The notes under the pieces are model-generated. The model did not search any database. It worked only from the letters and a program-made list of their open reading frames with translations, and was not told where the DNA came from. A DNA stretch of 59,631 bases, counting the filler, from Candidatus Zhuqueibacterota bacterium (GTDB lineage: Bacteria > BS750m-G25): the NCBI GenBank assembly GCA_016783505.1. It is 2 parts of 2 records of this genome, joined end to end, with 100 filler letters (N's around TTAATTAATTAA, not from the genome) between each part and the next. Parts side by side here need not be neighbours in the genome. Positions count along the whole stretch, not along the records: positions 29,923 to 59,631 come from JADHWK010000027.1; 1 more part is not named here. One strand, 5' to 3'. The stretch's first letter is position 1; the number at the start of each line of letters is the position of its first letter. Below, piece after piece: positions 51,586-59,631 of this stretch. The translations under genes were made by a program, and so were the position numbers.

Positions 51586-52554
51586 ATGATGAAAACCTTT
51601 TGGTTATCCTTAATCATTTTTTTTCTGGGCCCATCGCTGACCGGGGCTGCATCTAAATATGCCGGGGAGTTTATGGACATCGGGGTAGGGGCCCGGGCCT
51701 TGGGGATGGGGGGGGCCTATACGGCCCTGGCCGCTGATATTACCGCCGGATACTGGAACCCGGCCGGGTTAACACAGTTTTCAGAACCCCAGCTTATCCT
51801 TATGCACTCCGAACAGTTCGCCGGTCTGGAAACCTATGATTACGCCGCCCTGGGAAAAGGGCTACCTAATGGGGCCACCGCAAGTTTATCCCTAATACGA
51901 TTGGGGGTTGATGATATTCCTATATCCACTAAGCTGGAGGATCCAGATGACCCAAACATTAGCCCCACCAACCGACCTATTCTTGAAGGGATGACCTCCG
52001 ATGCCGAGTATGCCCTCTATTTTTCCTACGCCAGATCAAAAGGGGAGAATCTTTCTTTAGGGGGGTCGGCCAAGCTGGTTCATAAACGGCTGGCTCATCA
52101 CTATGGCCTTGGGCTGGGGTTTGACCTCGGGGTTATGTATTTCTGGCACCGGGTCCAGCTAGGTGCGGCGCTGCGCAACGCCCTTACCACCCTGGTGGCC
52201 TGGGATACCGGGCAGAAGGAGTGGATTCGGCCGGAGTTGCGGCTGGGGATCTGCTATTTCCTTTCCCTGAAGGCCCTTTCGGCAAAAATTACGCCCACCG
52301 TTGACCTCAGCCTGAGGATGGACAATAGGCGTAATCTTACAGCCAACTACTGGGGGCACCTAAGCCTGGGTCAAACCTGGGGTTTGGAATACGAGGCTTA
52401 CCGAAGGGTAGCCCTCCGGGTGGGAATGAACGAAGTGGGATTATCGGCAGGGGCCGGCATCCGGCTGGGATCCTATCGGGTAGATTATGCCTTCGTGGGG
52501 CATAACGATTTGGGCAACTCCCATATGGTGTCGCTGATGTACGCCTGGCCGTGA
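51586..52554 (+). CDS. PorV/PorQ-family outer membrane protein
   Basis: IGVGARALGMGGA, YWNPAGL, DYAF..LG.SH. Confidence 0.85.
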   Translation: MMKTFWLSLIIFFLGPSLTGAASKYAGEFMDIGVGARALGMGGAYTALAADITAGYWNPAGLTQFSEPQLILMHSEQFAGLETYDYAALGKGLPNGATASLSLIRLGVDDIPISTKLEDPDDPNISPTNRPILEGMTSDAEYALYFSYARSKGENLSLGGSAKLVHKRLAHHYGLGLGFDLGVMYFWHRVQLGAALRNALTTLVAWDTGQKEWIRPELRLGICYFLSLKALSAKITPTVDLSLRMDNRRNLTANYWGHLSLGQTWGLEYEAYRRVALRVGMNEVGLSAGAGIRLGSYRVDYAFVGHNDLGNSHMVSLMYAWP

Positions 52555-52691
52555 AACCTATCAGTCGGGCGGGCCTATTGCAGGACTGTTGCATAGGAAT
52601 AAATTCCTATGCTAACCTAATAAAGTATGTTGAAACATACTGTAATCAGTCCCGAAGTTTCGGGACTTTCGTTGAGATAGCGTGATAATTT
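52554..52691. repeat. Inverted copy of the 10636-10776 element
   Basis: Reverse-complement match. Confidence 0.85.
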
Positions 52692-53146
52692 ATTATCACG
52701 CAGACGGAAAATCGACAATTTATGGGTTGTGCTACAGGTCCGGGCGCCTGACCGATCTGATCACCAAACTTTACAAATTTTTTAGTCACTGAGATCTGAC
52801 AAGGTCTGCCTGCCAGCCATGGTAACCTTGCTTAAGTAACTTCGGACTATTGTCGGACTTTGAAGGGAATCTTGAAATACATGAAATAACCTTTGGTTAA
52901 TAATTCCTTGAGTAAGACCCTGCGGGCCTTATCGATATATTTAATTTTTATCAAAGTTATGTGATCAATTTAAGGACGGTAAATAAAACAGAGAAAATCC
53001 AGACCGATCAGTCGGGCGCCTGACTGAGGATGCTGGATTTTTTTAAATCTTTTTCTAAAAAACCAAAATTTTATTTGACTATTGAGAAAAAATTTTGTAA
53101 TTTTACTGTTGCAATTCAATTAAAAATTTAGATTTAAACCCAAGAC

Positions 53147-54025
53147 ATGATTCATTCCATGACCGGTTTTGGGCGGGGTGAAACCGCCCGGGGGGATATT
53201 CGGGTGTCCGTTGAGATTCGGACGGTAAACAACCGTTTCCTGGATATTCAGCCCAGATTGTCCCGGCCCTTGACCGCCCGGGAGGATGCTATACGCGATC
53301 AGATCCGGACCAAGATTCATCGGGGCACGGTGAACATATCGGTGAATCTGAATGCTGAGAATGGGCAAGATGGCTGGTCGGTAGATCTTTCCTTGGCGGA
53401 ACGCTACGTCGAACTTTTAAATCAGCTTCGGAGGGTCTTAAACGTAAAGGATGAGATTACCCTTTCCCATCTTGTGCCCCTGAGTGAGAAATTCCTGGTA
53501 TATCAGGAGCCGGAGGCCAGCGGGGCCAGGGTCTGGGGAGCGGTTCGGATCGCCCTAAGGGTTGCCCTGCAATCGGTCATCAAAATGCGACGGGAGGAGG
53601 GAAGAGCTTTAGCCCAAGATATGAGAAGCCGCATTCAGCTTATGGCTCGGTGGCTGAATAAAATTGAGCAGCTAACCCAGAAAACTTCACAAGAGCGTTA
53701 TCAGAAGCTCGAGCAGAGAATAAAGAAACTGACGGAAGGGGTAAACCTAGACCCAAACCGGCTCTATCAGGAGGTGGCCCTGCTGGCGGAGCGGAGCGAC
53801 ATCTCTGAGGAATGCGTTCGGTTGAAGAGTCATTTGCGACTTTTCTTAGATACCTTTAAAGAAAAAGGACCCGTAGGGAAACGGCTGAATTTTATCCTCC
53901 AGGAGATGAATCGGGAGGTTACCACCCTCAGCGTTAAGGCCGGGGATGCGGCCGTATCCCACTTAGCCATCGGTCTGAAGGAAGAGATCGAAAAGATCCG
54001 GGAACAGGTTCAGAACGTGGAATAA
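53147..54025 (+). CDS. yicC: YicC/YloC family endoribonuclease
   Basis: SMTGFG, VNNRFLD, QEMNRE, REQVQNVE. Confidence 0.95.
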   Translation: MIHSMTGFGRGETARGDIRVSVEIRTVNNRFLDIQPRLSRPLTAREDAIRDQIRTKIHRGTVNISVNLNAENGQDGWSVDLSLAERYVELLNQLRRVLNVKDEITLSHLVPLSEKFLVYQEPEASGARVWGAVRIALRVALQSVIKMRREEGRALAQDMRSRIQLMARWLNKIEQLTQKTSQERYQKLEQRIKKLTEGVNLDPNRLYQEVALLAERSDISEECVRLKSHLRLFLDTFKEKGPVGKRLNFILQEMNREVTTLSVKAGDAAVSHLAIGLKEEIEKIREQVQNVE

Positions 54026-54243
54026 AGTATAATCAAAATCCCGGAAATTGCCTACGGCCTGTCCCCAGATCGTTCCGATAGGGAACACTGACCGAAGGTT
54101 CACCGTAGCAAAAAACCACTGAATTGTTGATTGTTAACCCGCCTGCTAAGACTTAGCGGGCAGGTTGCTGATTGTTAAAACCTAGGCTCCAGTAGCAATT
54201 AGCAATCAGTAATCATTTCAGTATCATTTGGTGTTTTCCGAAT

Positions 54244-54849
54244 GTGAGTTTAATCTTGACATTGACAAAAAAAAAGTCTGGTCATTTGGTGGTTTTATCA
54301 TCCCCCTCTGGAGGGGGAAAGACCACTATTATCCGGAAATTAATGACAAGAAATAAGGCCTTCGGCTACTCTGTTTCGGTAACTACCCGCCCCCCAAGGG
54401 AAGGGGAACGGGATGGAATAGACTACTGTTTTTTGAATAAAGAGGAGTTCCATAAGAAAAGAGTGCGGGGGCAACTCATTGAATGGGAGAACGTTCACGG
54501 TCATCTTTACGGAACCCCCCAGGAACCGGTGGAGAGAATGTTAAAAGGGGGGAGGGTGGTTCTCTTGGATGTGGATGTTTTCGGGGGGATCAGTATTAAG
54601 AAAAGATATTCTGATACCCTGTTGATATTCGTCAAACCTCCCAGTCGGGAGTCCCTCAAGGCCCGACTGAGGGGAAGGGGTAGCGAAAGCGAATTGGAGA
54701 TTGAAAATCGCTTGCGTCGGTTGCCCACCGAGTATCAAAGGGCTTCTGCATATGACCTTGTGGTGGTTAATAAAAAACTGGATCATACGGTTGAAGAAAT
54801 TTACGGTCATCTGTTCCGATTGGGATTTATCAAGGAGAATAATGGATAA
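54244..54849 (+). CDS. gmk: Guanylate kinase
   Basis: SPSGGGKT, TTRPPREGE, YGT. Confidence 0.95.
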   Translation: MSLILTLTKKKSGHLVVLSSPSGGGKTTIIRKLMTRNKAFGYSVSVTTRPPREGERDGIDYCFLNKEEFHKKRVRGQLIEWENVHGHLYGTPQEPVERMLKGGRVVLLDVDVFGGISIKKRYSDTLLIFVKPPSRESLKARLRGRGSESELEIENRLRRLPTEYQRASAYDLVVVNKKLDHTVEEIYGHLFRLGFIKENNG

Positions 54850-55126
54850 AAAGATTTTTTCCAAGGAAGATTTTGAGGATTTATCTGAAAACATCTATGA
54901 GGCAGTGATGGTTGTCGCCCAGCGGGCCCGCCGGATCGGGAAGGATCAGAAGGATCAAATTGAGCAATTCCTGGGCGAAATGGAGACCGATGGTGAGGAG
55001 AACACCGGGACGGTCCTAGATGAAAAATTAAAAAATGAAATTTTAAAAATGAAAAAGCCTACCGTGTTGGCCATAGAAGAAATGCTCGAGGGCGAACTGA
55101 AATATAGCTACAAAGGTCAATCTTAA
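54842..55126 (+). CDS. rpoZ: RNA polymerase omega subunit
   Basis: NIYEAVMVVAQRARRI, KPTVLAIEE; gmk-rpoZ-coaBC gene order. Confidence 0.85.
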   Translation: MDKKIFSKEDFEDLSENIYEAVMVVAQRARRIGKDQKDQIEQFLGEMETDGEENTGTVLDEKLKNEILKMKKPTVLAIEEMLEGELKYSYKGQS

Positions 55127-55128
55127 TC

Positions 55129-56331
55129 ATGCTGGCAGGGAAGAAAGTTTTGATGGGATTAACGGGCAGCATCGCTGCCTATAAGGCAGCCCTGGTGGTA
55201 CGGGAGTTGAAGCTGTTGGGCGCCCAGGTCAAGGTGGTAATGACCGAACATGGCCAGCACTTCATTACCCCCCTGACCATGGAAATTCTGTCCCAGAACA
55301 GGGTTATTACCGGACTTTTTCCCGCTGGTGAGCGCCGGGAGGTTGAGCATGTCAGTCTGGCCCAGTGGCCGGACCGCATCCTCATCTGCCCGGCCACCGC
55401 AAACATTATCGGTAAGATCGCCCACGGCATCGCCGACGACATCCTGTCCACCATCGTCATAGCCCGGGGTAAAGACGTCATTCTGGCTCCGGCTATGAAT
55501 GCCCGGATGTATCTTAATCCCGTGGTTCAAAAAAACATCGCTTATCTTAAAGACCTGGGATACGGTTTTATTGAGCCCGAGGTGGGCGAGTTGGCCTGCG
55601 GGGATGAGGCAGTGGGACGGTTGGCTGATCCCCGAAAGATTATTGATTACCTCTGCTGGGATCTATTAGCGACCACCAAATTGGCGGGCAAAAAAATCCT
55701 GGTTACCGCCGGACCAACCCAGGAACCTTTAGACCCGGTGCGCTTTTTCACAAACCGATCGAGCGGCAAGATGGGATTCGCCCTGGCCCGAGAGGCCTCC
55801 TTTCGGGGGGACGAAGTAACCCTGATAGCGGGTAGGAACAATCTCCCCATCCCCGTTGGGGTTAACTACCGGGGTGTCACCACCACCGCAGAGATGGCGG
55901 CGGCGGTGAAAAAAGAATTTAAAAAATCCGACATCGTCCTTATGGCAGCGGCGGTGGCTGATTTCCGACCTGGGGTTGTTGCCGGGCAAAAGATAAAAAA
56001 GGAAACATCCCCCACAACCCTGAAGTTCGTGAGGACAGAGGATATTCTGGCCCATCTGGGAGAAGTTAAAAACGAGAAGCAAATCCTGGTCGGGTTTGCC
56101 GTGGAGACGGAGAATGAGGTGGGAAACGCCAAAAAGAAATTAGAGGGGAAAAATTTAGACCTGATCGTGGTTAATAATCCCCTGGTGGAGGGGGCCGGCT
56201 TTGGGGAAGAAACAAATATCGTCAAGCTTATTGACCGGTCAGGAAAGGTAGAAGAATATTCAAAGATGAGTAAGCAGGAGGTGGCGAAGGTAATTTTTGA
56301 AAAGTTAGAGAAATTGCCCGATAGGGATTAA
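55129..56331 (+). CDS. coaBC: Bifunctional CoaBC
   Basis: GSIAAYK, PAMN, DPVRF..SSGKMG, VGFA. Confidence 0.97.
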   Translation: MLAGKKVLMGLTGSIAAYKAALVVRELKLLGAQVKVVMTEHGQHFITPLTMEILSQNRVITGLFPAGERREVEHVSLAQWPDRILICPATANIIGKIAHGIADDILSTIVIARGKDVILAPAMNARMYLNPVVQKNIAYLKDLGYGFIEPEVGELACGDEAVGRLADPRKIIDYLCWDLLATTKLAGKKILVTAGPTQEPLDPVRFFTNRSSGKMGFALAREASFRGDEVTLIAGRNNLPIPVGVNYRGVTTTAEMAAAVKKEFKKSDIVLMAAAVADFRPGVVAGQKIKKETSPTTLKFVRTEDILAHLGEVKNEKQILVGFAVETENEVGNAKKKLEGKNLDLIVVNNPLVEGAGFGEETNIVKLIDRSGKVEEYSKMSKQEVAKVIFEKLEKLPDRD

Positions 56332-56362
56332 CCTACCAAGAAAGCTAGGATTGGTGTGGATA

Positions 56363-57106
56363 ATGAGAGAATCGAATTTATCAGAAGTTGTTGATTTAAC
56401 CCAGAGATATCTATCCCAACTGAAGGAACTGGGTGAGGAGGAAATCTTCCTGAACCGCGACTTAATTGCTAGCCTATCACACCTAAGACCCGAGTCGGCT
56501 TCCGACCTTTCTAAATTTTACCGTCAAATCAAGGATTGCCAACTATGTCCCCTGAGTAGAACGAGAACCAACTTAGTCTTTGGAGTCGGTAATCCGGCGG
56601 CGGGGATGGTTCTGGTTGGGGAGGCCCCGGGCCGGGATGAAGATTTACAGGGAGAGCCCTTTGTGGGACGGGCGGGCCAATTATTGAACAAGATTTTGAA
56701 GGCCATTGATTTTGAACGGGCCGATGTCTATATTTGTAATATTCTAAAATGCCGCCCCCCGGGAAATCGGGATCCCCTGCCTGATGAGATCGAGGCCTGT
56801 AAGCCCTATTTGCTGCGACAACTGGAAATGATCAAGCCCCAGGTAATCCTGGTTCTGGGACGGGTGGCCGCCCAGGTTCTGCTTAAAACCAGTTCGGATT
56901 TAGGTAAGTTAAGGGGTAGAATTCATCTATTCGGGAACAGTAAGCTGGTGGTGACCTACCATCCGGCAGCCCTATTGCGCAATCCGCGCTTGAAGCGCCC
57001 AGCCTGGGAGGATGTGCAACTGGCAAGGCGGGTTTACGACGGGATGGAACCCGAAGGGGCGGATGATGAGGAAATAAGTTTGTTCCGGCCACATAAAAAT
57101 ATTTAA
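56363..57106 (+). CDS. udg: Family-4 uracil-DNA glycosylase
   Basis: CQLC, GEAPG, KCRPPGNR, YHPAALL. Confidence 0.95.
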   Translation: MRESNLSEVVDLTQRYLSQLKELGEEEIFLNRDLIASLSHLRPESASDLSKFYRQIKDCQLCPLSRTRTNLVFGVGNPAAGMVLVGEAPGRDEDLQGEPFVGRAGQLLNKILKAIDFERADVYICNILKCRPPGNRDPLPDEIEACKPYLLRQLEMIKPQVILVLGRVAAQVLLKTSSDLGKLRGRIHLFGNSKLVVTYHPAALLRNPRLKRPAWEDVQLARRVYDGMEPEGADDEEISLFRPHKNI

Positions 57107-57220
57107 ATACTAAACCCTGAGATTAATTTTGTAAGGAGATTTTTAATATCAAGACACGTTCAAGTTAATAATAAGTTCGGCGCGCGGCAAAAGCAATGAG
57201 TAGAAAGCACAATCGTTACT

Positions 57221-57722
<502 letters not shown>

Positions 57723-57935
57723 CATGCGATTTTAGACTGCGTTGTGGTGTGGGGATCGATTTTGTCATGGGAATAGCGTGCCTAACCCCCACTTTAACCA
57801 ACAGCCCTATCGCGCGCAAATCTTTGATAGCATCGAAGGAATGGATGAGGAGCAGCTGCAAAGAGGTTGATGAGTTGAATTCATTAAATTTAACTAAATG
57901 CTGGGGATAATAATTATGGTTGAAAGGAGGAGTAA

Positions 57936-58142
57936 ATGAACCAGTATGTGACCGATACGCGGGTGAAAAAGGGCCGGGTGGCATTGAAAGATGTACCATT
58001 TTCTGATGATAGTGAAGTCAAAGTGGTGGTGATCCCCAAAGCAAACATCTCGAAAATGTCGTTCCAGACCGTGCAAAAATTAACACAACCAATCACTGGG
58101 AATCTTTCTGATGATGTTGTGTCCGAAAGAGAGGACAGATGA
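57936..58142 (+). CDS. Putative antitoxin
   Basis: Small ORF overlapping the vapC start (ATGA); strong RBS. Confidence 0.7.
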   Translation: MNQYVTDTRVKKGRVALKDVPFSDDSEVKVVVIPKANISKMSFQTVQKLTQPITGNLSDDVVSEREDR

Positions 58143-58600
58143 ATGTTTTTGTTGACACCAGTGCCTTTGTCAAATTATATCACCACGAAGCGGGGACGGA
58201 GACGTTGTTTAATTTTCTATACCGACACTCGGAAGATCTTATCTTGTCCATTGCTGATATTACCGTGATTGAGTTGCATTCAGCGTTTTTGCGGCGAGTT
58301 CGCATGGGTGAGATCGCTGTTCAGATAGCGCAATCCGTGTTCACCGCGGTGGACAAAGATTTAAAGTTCATCAATAGTATCGAATTAGATACACCGGCCA
58401 AGCAGATGGCAAGGAAACTGCTTGATGAAGTAGCTCCCACTAAAAATTTGCGGACGTTGGATGCCTTGCAACTTGCCGCGGCAATCTTGGAAAATCATAT
58501 CTTGCCAATTGATTACTTCGTTTCGGCGGATGGGCGTTTGTTAGACATCGCTGCCGAGTATTTTGATACGTTTAATCCAGCGAAGGAGAGTCTTGTATAA
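58139..58600 (+). CDS. VapC PIN-domain toxin
   Basis: VDTSAFVKLY, LRTLDALQLA, FVSAD. Confidence 0.9.
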   Translation: MNVFVDTSAFVKLYHHEAGTETLFNFLYRHSEDLILSIADITVIELHSAFLRRVRMGEIAVQIAQSVFTAVDKDLKFINSIELDTPAKQMARKLLDEVAPTKNLRTLDALQLAAAILENHILPIDYFVSADGRLLDIAAEYFDTFNPAKESLV

Positions 58601-58613
58601 TTTTTTGATAAAT

Positions 58614-58739
58614 ATGGCAGCCCTGCTGCGCAATCCGGGGTTGAAGCGCCCAACTTGGGAGGATGTGCAATTGGCGCGACGGGTTTATGATGGGCTGGAG
58701 CCCGAAGGGGCGGATGAGGAAATAAGTTTGTTCGAGTAG
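58614..58739 (+). repeat. Diverged copy of the udg 3' end
   Basis: Translates MAALLRNPGLKRPTWEDVQLARRVYDGLEPEGADEEISLFE*; matches 56965-57085. Confidence 0.95.
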
Positions 58740-58809
58740 TTGCAGGACTGCCTTGAGTGGTAGACTGCAAGATTTGCAGTCCAATATATGTTAGCTATAG
58801 AAGATTGAA

Positions 58810-59631
58810 ATGGATATCGAAGGAGAAGACAAACAAGAGGTGAAAGAAGGATCTAATGTTTTGACTCTCGCTGATTTTCTAGAATCTATCCCCCCAAATC
58901 AGCCTTTCAAAATATCTGATCTCTCAAAAATTACATATCGATCAAACCTCGCCCGATATGTTGATGAAATTTGCACCCCAGAACTACAGCTCCATTGCCC
59001 AAGTGATGTTTGTAATGGACCTCGATTTTTCCGCTGTATAAATCAATCTGCGCCAATCCTCACTCAACAATCTTATAAGTTCTTATATCTTACATATAGA
59101 TGCTCAAACTGTCAGAATACGACAAAAGTATTCTCGTTAGCAGCGCAAATAGATGAAGAAAAAGAAGCATCTGGTGAATGTTTCAAATTAGGAGAGCTTC
59201 CTCCTTTTGGCCCGCCAACTCCTTCAAGACTAATCACACTAATTGGTCCAGATAGAGATACCTTTTTAAAAGGTAGAAGATGTGAAAACCAGGGATTGGG
59301 TATTGGTGCATTCATCTATTATCGAAGAGTTGTTGAAAATCAGAAAAACCGAATCTTATCCGAAATAATCAAAGTTTCAGAAAAAATTGGTGTAAAGAAA
59401 GCTTCAATTGAAGCTCTAAAATCTGCCATAGATGAAACTCAATTTAGCAAAGCTCTTACTATTGCAAAAGATGCTATTCCAGAAAGTTTATTGATTAACT
59501 GACACAATCCTCTTTCATTATTGCACAGTGCATTAAGCGAAGGAGTTCATGACAAAACTGACGACGAATGTCTTGAAATTGCCGGAAGCGTTCGGGTTGT
59601 CTTGGCAGAGCTTTCAGAAAGACTTTCTCAA
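58810..59631 (+). pseudogene. Cys-motif hypothetical protein with an internal TGA; runs off the window end
   Basis: Frame stays open after TGA at 59500-59502 (LIN*HNPLSLLHSALSEGVH..). Confidence 0.6.

Noticed and set aside
59500-59502. TGA recoded as Gly or Sec
   Set aside because: TGA ends housekeeping genes here (etfB, purD); a point mutation is simpler

Overview
This window is two contigs joined by an artificial spacer (N44-TTAATTAATTAA-N44, 29823-29922). A T9SS-type secreted protein, a PorV-family gene and lptE/lapAB suggest an uncultured FCB-group diderm bacterium. The left contig (all minus strand) carries a FadR-box-controlled beta-oxidation/ETF cluster, argF, pepF and hslUV. It also carries an AT-rich defence island: an archaeal-type phosphorothioate system (pbeA-pbeB-pbeC-pbeD, dndC-dndD-dndE) with two extra genes in the operon, a tandem PC4-like ssDNA-binding protein and a stand-alone LigD 3'-phosphoesterase. 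The right contig is mostly housekeeping (tRNA-Gly, purD, miaB, mutS, yicC-gmk-rpoZ-coaBC-udg). At two independent loci (etfB and udg), toxin-antitoxin and other cassette genes are stacked behind a housekeeping gene. They are separated by diverged, still in-frame copies of that gene's last ~100-120 bp, and are associated with broken integron attC-like half-sites. No integrase gene is visible. Intergenic DNA is rich in MITEs and nested palindromes, one of them inserted in frame in a protein. All assignments come from reading motifs by eye; no database searches were run.
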